From Trichinella spiralis (Eukaryota): a stretch of DNA of 64,000 nt. Location: NCBI RefSeq assembly GCF_000181795.1, contig NW_003526944.1, forward strand, positions 2,055,797-2,119,796. The letters are read 5' to 3'. The translations under genes and the position numbers were made by a program. A model generated the notes under the pieces. It was not told the origin of the DNA and searched no databases. It was given only the letters and a program-made list of their open reading frames with translations. Shown here piece by piece: positions 37,714-50,294 of the stretch (its first letter is position 1; each line of letters starts with the position of its first letter).

Positions 37714-40700
37714 TCATAATGCGATTGTAATTTCAGAATCACTTTGCGATTCCAGCGATTTGTCGTCATCCATTTTTTCTTCGTTCAAGTTTCTCCTAGT
37801 CGCCAATATTGAACTCAGCTGAGAATCATCACTTTTCATCAGATACTAAACAAAAAAAATATATATATATATATATACAAAGCAAACAGTAACATGCAAT
37901 CGAGAAAAAAATAAGAGGCACACATTCTGCTTTACTTTTGCAGTAGTTTTCTGCAACTGCAGCTGACTGTACAAACGAGCACCCTCTTCACGACCGATCA
38001 GCTCTTCAAGTTGGATTTTGTTCATTGATAACAACTTTTCTCCGTCGTGTTCTCGAAGTAAATTAATTGCCCTATTCACAAGAACAAGAACAATAAATAA
38101 TAAATAATAATGCATGTATAATATTTGCATAATATTTGTTTATCTACCTGCCACTGAAACACTTGGCTTGCAACCATTCGGCTACGTCTTGTTTAGTACT
38201 CATACTGGACATTTCTTGAACAGTGACCAACGATGAATTTGGCAAAGGTTTGGCTTTAAAATCAAAGCTTCCTTTCAAGTTGGATTTATTCAACGTCATC
38301 AGTAATTCTTCGTTGAGCATTCCTGATAATTGAAAAAATTTAATTTAAATAAACAGAGAAACAAAAAATCATCAAAAAATATTTCACTTCTGCTGTCCAC
38401 TGTGACATTGGATGGCAATTTGCCATTTCGGATTGAAGTGCCATTCTCCTTCGACAAACCGTGCGGAATTGTTCCATTTGATGTTGAAGCTTTTTTCTCA
38501 CCAGTCGACGACACAGCTTCGACACCACCGGATGTACGCGGCAGCGGAGGTGGAGGTGGAGGCGGTGCCGGCGGAGGTACTGGAGGAGCACAAGCAACAT
38601 ACGGACGTTTGGAATTGACCAAGCAAGTCGACGAAAACATCATCACTTCTTTATTCTTGGGCTCATCTGAAAATAAATTATTACAAATTATATACAATTA
38701 TTCACACAACAATGGCACATTTTCAGCCGAAAAAGTTTCACAATAATAGAAAAAAAATAAATTAATAATAACAAAGTTCTTTCTTGCTTTTTCTTGTTTC
38801 AGCAAACAAAGCTCACATACTCACTGACAACTATGGGTGTTCACGTTGTCCCCTGAAAGATCCATTTCTAACTGATAGGAAGAAATTCACTAATAATAAT
38901 AATAATAATACAGCAGAAGTTTCGAATATCGTTTTTAAAATTTAATCTACACCTGTATAAAATTACTGACACTATTTCTTCAGTTCACTAGCACTGGTAC
39001 AACTAAAAAGCGCATTTCAAAAAGCAATACACCGCCAAACATAAACAATTAAGCAATAAATCAAATCAAACTGAACAAGATGAAATGAAAATGATGATGA
39101 TGATTAGAGCAAACCATCAGCAGCAAAGCAAACTTATGAAAATGAATGCTTTACATACGAAGCGACCATCATACGTATCTGAAAGCTGAAAAAGTGCTTT
39201 ATTCAAGACGTCGGAAAAAATTTAGCCACCAAAGATTCACTGAAAACTTTTTAAAAAAAACATGCCAATAAATCACAACCAAATTATTGAAAAAAAATTT
39301 CATTTACTAAGAAGAATTGTATAAACTAGCTTTTGTCCAAGTGCAGAACAAAAAAAAGCGTTGTACAGATAGATATGCATACAGGTATACTGGAAGCGAT
39401 AACAAATTCTTGTTATCATTCAAATAAAAGATAGATAGTAAGAAAGCGTAATCAGCAATAACAACAACAATATCAATAATTGAAACATTGCTGTATTACG
39501 TGAAATGTAAAAAAATTATTATTAAGTAGTGCATATAGTATGGGGATATAGAATGAAAGAAAAACGACTATAATTCAAGAGAGAGAGAGAAAGATATTCG
39601 TAATGTATATGCAATATAAGAAAGACAGGAAAAATTATACAAAGAGCCAGAACAGAACAGCAGTGAAAAATAAAAGTTTAGAAAAATATGGCTTCAAGAA
39701 TGGCAGAATAAATATAATATTTAAATTGAACATAATTCAAAATAAAATAAAAAGAAAAAGAAAACAAATTAAAATTTTTTTCCAACTAATATTAACGTAA
39801 AAATAAATAATCAGGAATAAGCTCGCGAAATGCATCGCGAGCGGCAAGCTGATTTCTGGCACTGTTAGTATAATATATAACTTAAATATATAATCGAACA
39901 CAGCAGCAGAAGTGAACTTGGCCCAAAAATATGAACAGTAAAATGCCCTACCATATTAATTAGTGTGGTTATTGTCATGTCATATTAATAACATACAGTT
40001 AACTTTACAAAATAAATTGTACATGTTGTTCAAGAATGAACACCAAAGCAGCAGCACCTTGACAACTTGCATGCCTCCTCAATTTTACAACCAAAATTAA
40101 AAAGAACCACCAATCACCGGTCGAAGAAACAAAAAACAAATATCCATTTTTAAAGAAAACAAAAATTTAAGTCGTGAGGAGGGGCTTTTCGGTTTCCACT
40201 AACTGAGCAACGCTAAACTGCTACACTACACAACATCTTTGGTCCTACACATCGTTGCAAATAAATTACACCCACACATACACAGATACACATACAATAT
40301 GTACATACACGTACATGTAGTAAGTATATATAACATATATTGCATGTATGTCCCCACATGCAGTGTCATTTAAAAGCATAGCAAAGAAGTGTGACAGAGT
40401 TTGAACAATTGAAAATAAATAAGTAAAATAAATAATAAACGCCGCAATTTTCATCTACACTAGGCAATAATAATAATAAAGCAAAAAAAGAGAAATAAAT
40501 GGAAATATTTCTGATGAAATAAAAGAAAAGAAAAAAAACAAAGGCCCTGAATTACTAGTAAAAATCGCTTTTCACCGTTTTCTTCGCCATAGCATTAAAT
40601 TTTTAAGAAAAAAGAAAATTCCTTGAAGAAATATAATTTGAAAAGTTTTCTCTACAAAAAGGGACAGACAGTATATACACATAAATGTATATATAAGTTT

Positions 40701-43700
40701 TTTTCAGGCTTCCACTGTCACCATCGTCTGCAATCAGAAGTAGCGAAATTCACCTAATTTACCGCGACGTTGTCGTATCACTTCCGGCGTATCACCGTTG
40801 TTGTTAGCCGGTGTGGCTGTTCTCGTAACGGGACTTGATCGTCTTGCAGAAGAATCATCCTACAATCAAAACGGACATTTATTATCATATTCTGTTGCAA
40901 ATAAATTTACTTTGTTTGCATTTTTTTCGTCATTTCACATTTGTCATACCTCATAAGAGCCAAAAGCAGTGGCCGAATTGCCCATAGCCGGACCGAAGGT
41001 GGAAGTGGACGGAGGCGGTGGACGCACAAAAAGCGGCTCGTCGAACGACTTCGACTGCTGGTGTGGAGTCGAATTGTGGTGAATTCCCGAATCGACAACA
41101 CTCAAAATTGTATGCGGAACAAAACCGACCTGTCGATGTGCGTTGCGACATTCCCACCAATTTTTCTTATTATTCAAAACCTGAAAAAAAATCAGAATAT
41201 AGTTTTTAAAAAAATTTCCAAAGAAAAAAAAACTCGTATTTTACCTCCAAAAATTCACCCTTTCTGACGGTCAACTCTTTTTCATTCATACCATGTCGTT
41301 CGTAGACCACTTGGGCAATCTGAGAGCCACGAGCTCGTGCTTGTTCGAAAAAAAAGCTCGCGTCATCTGTCACATTGGGTGGTGAAAAATGACGTCGAGA
41401 TTCTTGTTCACGTAATGTTGTTCTACACATTTCACAATGTAATTTTTTTACAGTTATTCGAAAACAATTGCAAACTTACTCTCTGTATAAATCGGGTCTA
41501 GATCTGGACATCGTCGACGAATAGAGACCGTTAGCGGCCGCAGGTGGTGGACGTGGCAAACGTTCGGAAACGACAGATCGTTGCTCTTGTTCTTCATAAA
41601 ATTGACGCTTCTCTTCAAGCAAGCGACGTCGTTCTTCCTGAATCAAATCGAACAACATTCGCTCATTTGCATAATTAATTGTACAACAACAACAAGAACA
41701 GACCTCCAAAATTCGTTTTTCAAATTGAATTCGACGCTCCTCTTCTTGCAACTTTTCCTTTTCCAAGTCGAGCCGTTCCCGTTCCAAAGATACGCGACCA
41801 AAATCGCCAGCCAACTGGGTATCAATTAGCAAATTTCGATTCGAACGACCAGCTTGTCCACCATGATCGGGCACAGTGGTGCCGGTGGTGGTGGTGGAAT
41901 ATGGTCCATAACTGTGAGCAAATGTCGGCGAATAGTTGCCAGGCGACGGGCCGGTCCATTCTTCAGCAGTAGTGCGCCAAGCGTCGCCCAAAGAAGCCCA
42001 AATTTCCGACTCTTTGCTCGTCAGACAGTTCAACAGCAACGCCTTGGCAGCTCGGCTGATCAACGGCGACACAACCTGCGGTGCAATATTTCGACCAAAA
42101 CCCCACTGGCAAGCGTCCAGTATAATTGCCAGAGGTGTGAACAGGAAGTGGAGCAGTTCGGGCGCGTTCGGCTCGTGGATGTGGTTCTTCAATTTGGCCA
42201 ACAAGTTGAAGCACAATTTGAATTTTTGCAAAATGTCGAAAAATTCCAATTCGGGTGGCAGTTGGGCACGCATAAGCAGAATCCCCTCGCCGGGCATACG
42301 ACTCTGCGAAGACCGGGACGACGACGGCTTCATCGCCCGCCTCTGCTGTTGCAGCGCTTCCAATTCACGTTGGGCGATGGCGGCCGACTGGATCCGGGCG
42401 ACGAAACGCTCGATATCATCGAAGCACCGGTTCAGTATGTTCACGTCCCGTTCGAAAAATTCGACCACAGACGAATCGGAAAAGGTCGACTTCTGGTCCA
42501 CTTCCCGGTAATTGAAATTCGAAGGCGACCGGCCATTTTCCATCATCACGGGAACAGTACTGACCCGCGGTCGATCTTGGCTGAAATAACGCTGGTCCGA
42601 ACGACTGAACATCGACCGGCCATGCAGCAGGCTTGTGCCGTCAGTGGTAACCATCTCAGGACTACCAGCCTCTACTCCTCCACTTGGCATTGCAAACCCG
42701 CTTATTCTTCTCCCTCTGTGTTTAAAGAAAAAAAATAAAAATTCATACAAACAACAAATAAATTAACGACATACGTTGGTACTGCTTTGAAGCGTCCGCG
42801 TAAAAATTGTTTGATATCATCCGCGACCTCACTAGCCTAAAAATTTTTTTTGTTTTGAAATTATAATTTAGAAATAAGAAAATCGAGAAATTTGTCGAAC
42901 AATTTAAAAAATTTGAACTAACTGATGAAGAAAAAAAATATGCGAAATATATTACAACGTCATCAACACAAATGACTACTAGTGGATTGATTGGAGGAGA
43001 GAAAAAAAAACTTGAATACAACAAGCAACGAGGAAAAGCAGAGTACTGATGAGCAAGCTTCTTCCTCTGCTGTGTTTGTTCAGCGTGATTTGTCACCACT
43101 CGACAAAAACTACATACCGACACTTGGACGCATTGAAAAATGTGCATTTCGGTCGGCGTGGCGGTTTTCTTGCCTTTACTGCCGTTGACAATGAAAACAA
43201 GCAAATTGTTGTACAAATCACGCGGGTCAGAAGAGACGTGAGCTGTCGGTTCAGAAACCAAATTCAACGGAAACTGTTCCACTACATCCTATGCAAATAA
43301 ACAAATAAATTTTAATTATAAAAAAATGCAAAAAAGGGAGTGAAATTTACTCCATTTTCATCTTCAACCACGACGGCGGTATGTCTAAGACGAAGAATCA
43401 TTCGTTGTGCCCAGATTGCCGACGACCGTTCCATTTGCTTCAACTTTCTTATGCCATCGCTTGGCCATTGCAAGCCTGTCCATGTATACACAATTAACCA
43501 ATTTTACCGGAAATTGAGAATATCGACAACTGATTCTGCATACCAAACTGCGGTCCCACGCCAAATGTGGCCAGATGTTCGACAAAATAGCTGGGGCTGT
43601 CTTCTTGCATGTACGCTAAACAAAAAAGAACAATGCAAAACTTGGTGAACAACAATATAAATAATAATGCTTCGATTCCATCGATTGATTGATTGAACAG

Positions 43701-44724
43701 TGAACATTTCAGCTCGCATATTATATACTGGCAAATTACGCGGAAAAAATAGTGAAATTGAAACTGTTCAACAACAAATTTCTGTTTACAATGAGTAATT
43801 CGGGTTTCTCGTTTATTCTTGCAACAGACAGTGCCACCCAACAACTCAAATGACAAAGTAATCAAAAACCAAATAATTTCAGCTATCAGTGAAAAAAATA
43901 CCGAAAGCTGATGGGGTAACGTTAAAAAATGAACCAAAGTAAAAAAATAGCCCGCTTTCTCAATTCTAAAAATCAGTTTCAACGTGTTCAATTGTGCATC
44001 AATTATTTATAATCTCAACAATATTAAACACTGAATTTTAATAAAGTGGTTCAAACAATGATGTAAAAATTTAAAACTTTCTATTTGTTTTAAATTATCT
44101 TTTAAAAAACAATTAAGAAACCCACAAAAAAAGGAAAGATGAGATAAAATCTTTCCATAAATTCTCCTGATAAAGAAATGAACTGTAAAAACATGCACAC
44201 ACCACGACTAGAGCTGAACGAATAAATTTTTCAAAAAAGTAATTACCAAAATACAAGCGGTTAGTTTTTTTTTCTGTCTAACTATCATAAAAGAATACCA
44301 CCACCCTGTAATGATTAAAAATTAATTCAAAATGATTATTATAATAAAAAAATGCCTACAGTACAAACTAGAAGAAACAAAAGAGATAACCGGCCGCAAC
44401 GGAGAACAAGCAGCTGACTAGCTGGAATTGACTAAAACTTTCAGGCATTTAAATTGAAATTTCCAGTTCCTGCGCATCAGTGAAAAATAAACAACAAATT
44501 GAGAAATCAAATAAATGACTGGCGCGCGTTTGTACAACAACATGCGCGCGCAAAAATCGAAATGGTCAATTGTAAAAAAAAATTTTTCAAATTTCTCTCA
44601 CTGCACAACGTATACAATATGTAAATAGATAAATAAATAAATAAATAATTAATTAATTAAATAATTTTCGCTTACCTTTTCTCATGTCGACGTCGAAATT
44701 TTGGCCGTCGACGAAACTTGGCAT
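37714..44724 (-). CDS. eps-8: EPS8 family adaptor (PTB, EGFR-binding region, SH3, SAM-like effector domain), long isoform. The start codon is uncertain.
   Basis: PTB (YFVEHLATF, MEQFPLNLV, EMHIFQC), ILNRCFDDIERF, QKFKLCFNLLAKLKNHIHEPNAPELLHFLFTPL, SH3 (NEKELTVRKGEFLE..WWECRN..GFVPHTIL) and C-terminal domain (VAEWLQAK, GEKLLSMNK..EEGARLYSQL). Confidence 0.95.
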
Positions 44725-47700
44725 CGAACCTCCAAAATTGCCGTTCAATCTTCTCACGTTACCGCTGAAACGAACAACAACAAACTTTGACGAACGTTAC
44801 TTCACACTGACACTTTTCTGCTATCAATAATAATCACTTTTACAAACTAACTGAACGCGCACGCGCGTCATTACGTTTACTCTCTTTGATGAAATTCCTT
44901 TCAGTGCATTGTATTAAACAAAAAATTATAAATTTTCATACAAAGCAGTCAAAACTAGCAATGCAAAACCTTTTCCCAAAAATTAAAATACAGAAAAAAA
45001 AGAGCATTCAGCGTTTGTTTGTTTTTTTTCGCCTTTTCAACCAATGCAACAAAATTTGGTTATTTGTTGTAATGGGAATAGTGGTAAAATGTGGCAACGC
45101 CGTAAAATTGAAAAACAATGCTCGGAATGCAACTATTGAAAAACGTTCGAACAACGAGAACGGGCGTTCGCAATCGGCAACGGAATCAAAAACTGATATT
45201 CAAGTTTTTTTTCAAAGCATACTGTACGATGATTTGAAAAAAAAACACGAAATTGACCTGAGTTGCATTTTGGGCGAAAAAAAAGACATGAACAAACGGT
45301 AATAGGGGTGCAATGAGAAATTTTCTGCTTAATGGCAAAACGAAGATGCAGCAAATGGGAAACGATGTAATTTGTCTTAATTCAGGCAAAATTCGGCAGC
45401 CTGTACACAAAATGACAATAAGTTGCAACCAGTTTGAGATGGTTAATCTAGTCGGAATGTGAAGGAACAAAAACGGGAACGCCGTCGTCCCAACGATAGC
45501 ATCGACCTAGAAAACCCACCTTGCCAGAAAGCAAAGTAAGAACATTTCCAATTCAAGCATGTTAAAAACGAGTGCACCGAGTGCGTATGGGGGAAAATGG
45601 AATTGAATAGAGGGGGAAAAATAGCAATGCAAAAATAAAAAGAAGCAAAAAACAACAGAAAAAAATGCATGCCGACGCTTATCATTGCTCTACTCACTTC
45701 ATGCTGGCAGGCAAAGGTCCGGCGGTGGAGCTGGACCGGAAAAAGGAATTTTGTCCAAGCACTGGCATTGATGCGATTCCCAACAGATCACATGCCAAGC
45801 GTAAAGTTTTTTTGTTTCAGCACCAGCGAAACTGTTCGCGCCCGACTGATACGCAACCTGAAAACAATAAACAGCTACAGTGAGTAGTAATTGGCAATTT
45901 TCGCCAACAACGGACACACAGACACAGAGCTTTCGTTGCTTTGAGCAAAGCACAACGTTTTCCAATTTAACGCGTCGGCTTACTTTATTAACCCACTTGC
46001 AACAGACAGACAGAAGGAGAGAGAGAGAGCAAGCTGGAAAAATTGAAATCGCTTCAATGGTTTACAGTTTTGGGCCGAAAACAATCAATCCTGCCATATC
46101 AAGACTGGCAGGGCCAAAGATTGGCAACATTAAATGCGTAAATATTTTCAAATTGACTTTCCAGTGAAAAAATGATAACGCGCCCAGAGAACACTTCAAC
46201 ATTACGGACAACCGGCTTGCGTTAACATTTTTGGAATACTGTTGACTTTTGGTACTGTACAGGGTAAAGACATGCAAGTTCATTGTTTCATTTTCTCTCG
46301 GGTCGTTTAATGAATCTCATCCATTTTTATTCGTGTGCTTTTCTTCGCTCATTTCTGCTGATGAGTATATTTTGAAAAATATTTCAAATAAATTCATATC
46401 TGTTGCTGAACAAAACGTTTTGTTGTACAATGCTCCACTGTTTGCAGTTGTGGACATCTGTCGCCGGGCGTTTGTCTAAGCACACTAACCTCGACCTGAA
46501 TTGACAGTTCGCCAAAGTGTACAAACAACCACTGCAAAAGTTAACAAATAGCGCCAAGGGTCAGCTGCACACTGACCGTTTTGCTTTCCATTGTTCAAGA
46601 ACGACAAGCACGCTTGTTAGCGTCGTAAAGTCTCGACAATATAACTTTCCACGTTAACGATTCTGAATATCAAAGTCCAATTATTATTATTATTCTTATC
46701 AGCATTAAGTTTTAAATTTCTTTTTCATCTGTCATCGTGCTCACTGATATGATGTTCAAATTAACTGAAACATTTCAATAGACGCCAACTGAAACGCAGA
46801 CAAACGCAGAAATATGACAATCATAAAAATTTTTCTCCAACCCACTTGCTGTTGTCTTTCAGATCAACGAATTTGCAACGAAGTTTTCAAAGGCTTAAAT
46901 TTCGATAAAATTTAGCATCATATCATCAAAAAACTTGCATTTTTTCTTGTTGAAAAGCATTTAACCTGAACTAAATGAATATTAACAATGCGATTATTCT
47001 CAACAATATAAATGAAGATGTTGCAAGTATAATATAACATCATTTCAAGTGTAAATTTTCAAAATGCTCCAAAGCGAGACACAAACTTACTATGTGCCGG
47101 AATCAGTGATTTGGTGCGTTGATTTGCAATTTGATCTGTTTATTTAAAGTTCGGATGACGTTGATCATTCAATACTGTTTCATTATGATTCACAGCAAAT
47201 TCCATGCATACCGTAATCAAGTATTTGTTTGAACTGCTCGAAAGAGCAGTTTATCGTAGCTACAAACCTATTAAAGTTGCACAAAAAACAATTACCAACA
47301 ATGATCGTCATGATTTATTGATTTATTTCAATTTGATCTGATTAATGCTTTTGAAACATTTATATAGTGAGTCGGTAATCGTTCAAATTCAAAACACAAA
47401 GCTCATGAGAGCTATATCGTTTTCTGCTGCAATTTATCATTCATTATGGGACTTCATTTTTGTATCTCGTTATAAACTTAAAAAATAACATTTTGCAGAA
47501 ATACAAAATAAATATTTACTTAATGATCAGCAAGAAGAGTTTGAAATTCATATTTCTTCGAAATTTATTACAAATAAAACTGTCACAAACCCCATTTTAC
47601 ACACAATCCACAGTAATAAATTTTAATAATTTACGAATACATTCGCGTATAAATTTCAAAATAACTCCAGTAAACTTTAATTACTTCAGTATGGGAACTT

Positions 47701-48022
47701 GCATTTTTCGTACTGTAAAAAATTTTATACTGTAGATTAGTAAAGTTTTTTTTACTCTCTACTGTCATTGAAAACTTCAGTAATTTTGTAATGTACATTG
47801 TACTTTGCATAATTTTCATGTAATTTTTTGTATAAATTTCATTGCATTGTCATTGAAGGTTTTCACAGGTCGACCAGAACTGTAGTGGATTTTTAAAGCT
47901 GAATTTTTCGAACATTTTCGTCTATTGACTATTCTTCTCCATCATCTGGTGACTGGGCATTCCGTGTTTGAGTCACACCATTGAAAAGGAAAGCAGTTTT
48001 TACTGTGGCTTTAACGTGAAAC

Positions 48023-49508
48023 ATGCCATCCGAAGTTACCACTTTGTCTGTGAACGACAAGCGTCGAGTAAGAAGTGATTTAATCAATTTCTAGATCGAT
48101 TTAAAAAGGACGTTTTTTTGTCTAACAGATTGAAATGGCCAATGAGCTTGTTTCAAATGCGCCTCCTGGTGAAATTCAAGAAGTTTACAATGGTATTTGG
48201 AAAATTTGCTCACTTTCGCCTTTATCTTAACATTTGTAGATCTTCGGCAGTTCTTGGAAGATGATGAATCATTTACAGTGCTTTCTGCATCCATGTTTGC
48301 GGAGCACAACAAAAGAAACTTTGTTCCAGTTTTGGTTGAAGGAATTGAGAAACCAGTTGTCTTTTTTTTTCTTCTGCTGGTAGCTTTATTTCATTTCAGG
48401 TTGCATCTTGCTTTTCAGGTGATTATTACGCCGTTCAACGTGTTGAACAATGGTCGAATTTACGATCCGCGGAGTAAACAATCTTTTGAATTTGATCACG
48501 TCAAGCTCGAAGCTTTCGACCGGGCATCGTGTCCAAATGCGGATGTAGAAGAACTTGAATCCAGACGTCTCTCGTTGCAAGAATCAGTCGACGCATACAT
48601 ATCAAAGTATTTCATGCACGGCAATGGATCTGTTTATAGCTACGCAGAGCCTGAATGTGACGAGAAAAAGCTATTAATTTGCATTGTCAACCAACAAAAT
48701 CAACCTAATAACTTTTTGTAAAATATTTTCGTACGTTTTTATATAAGTAATATAAATTTATTGTTACCGTTCAAGGAATGGTCATTGGCAGTCTCAGTTT
48801 GCAGTGCAATTTCCAAAGGAAGATGAACTGCAAATTGATGGATGGATTCAGCTAAAAGTTCACTATTATGAAGATGGCAATGTACAATTGTTCAGCAAGA
48901 AGGATGTTAATCGTACAATACCATTTACGGTAAAAAATGAGCTGCTTAAAACGTTTGAAACATCATCAAAATTCAAAAAATAAACTATTCGCTAAACAGT
49001 TTTTTAATTATGAATCGTCTGTAAAATAATTTTATGAAAGAGTAACATTTTCTCAACATTTACTCGACTTAACAAAGAAATGAGTCAAGTTTTCATATTT
49101 GAACATTTAAAAATCAATTGGCCATAATTTTTTCTTACATTCAGAGAAGCGTGGAGTAAGTAGTAGTAGTAGTAGTAGATTGAAAATCCGTTCTTTCAAT
49201 ATATCGTCTCTAATTTCATAATTTTTTTTTTCATAATTTATACTCTGGAAGTGACAAAAATATGTCTATATACATATGTGTATGTATCTTCCATTTAGAA
49301 CGAGGCAACGTTCGCCAACGATGTAGTGAAAATAGTCCAAGAAGAGGAGGAAAATTTTCAGCGAAACGTCGACCAGTCACGCCGTCTGATGAGTGAATTC
49401 AATTTCAAAGGTTTGCGGCGACAGTTGCCAGTCACCAGAAGCAAAATTGACTGGTCTAAAATGGTCAGCTATAGAGTAGCGACAGAACTGAAACCTCAGA
49501 CACCCTGA
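48023..49508 (+). CDS. cap-1: F-actin capping protein alpha subunit
   Basis: Motifs APPGEIQEVYNDLR, FEFDHVK, QPNNF-NGHWQS, KVHYYEDGNVQL and KGLRRQLPVTRSKIDW. Confidence 0.95.
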
Positions 49509-50294
49509 TTGACACCTCTTGCTTGTCTACACGTTGAAATGGAAAACCTATTTATTACAACTTGTTAAATAACTTTAAAGGACAATATCCGTTGTTCAAA
49601 CAAGCTTACCGTTCGTTTATTCGGTTAGTTCCGTCTTTTTTCCAGATTTTTTATTGTGACTACTGTTCTGTATAACTTGTTTCCATTTTCCGTTTCCACA
49701 TTCTGTGTATTCTTGTCTTTTCTACTATTGACAAACCAATTCACTCTGTTTAGCCGTTTCACTACCACCACATACTAAAGATGTTACCGCTGCCTCATCC
49801 GGACACACTGACTGACTTTACTATTTCATTCATTACGCTTAACCCCTTCATATGGGCGGGCTTGTTCTAAATAAACGGTAAAATATTTTCCATTCACCAC
49901 AACGTGAATCTTTTTTTTCCAGTTAATATCATCATCACAGAGCTTGCCAACTTCGGCCACAATGCAAATCTTCAACAATGACCAACCGGGTTTTTTTTTA
50001 AGACGAGCAAAATATTTTACTGATCAAAGTATGGAAGTGTTGTTGTTTATTTTTTTAAACCAACAGCGATTCAACAAAACCAATGACGTTACAAATCACA
50101 CGTTCATGAAGCTGACTTGGATTGCTTGTTACCAGCGACAATTTGTCCAAGTATGAGATACCTGGAAGATGATGGTTCTGCTTAGTGACAAAGACAACAG
50201 GTGCAGAGTTGTAACGAATAACAAATGACGTGCATTTACATGCCAACTTGTGAACACATTCCACGGCAGACAGCTATCCTTCGAAACTACAACG

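Noticed and set aside
38825..39178. Candidate eps-8 microexons (20 nt at ~39158-39177 and 28 nt at 38825-38852)
   Set aside because: The splice sites look plausible, but every phase combination tried gives a stop or frameshift relative to the next exon.
39821..39842. Perfect 8-bp hairpin gctcgcga-aatgca-tcgcgagc
   Set aside because: Too short for a miRNA precursor and expected occasionally by chance.
41854..42738. 294-aa and 191-aa + strand ORFs
   Set aside because: Antisense to the GC-rich conserved eps-8 exon, with no recognisable domain.
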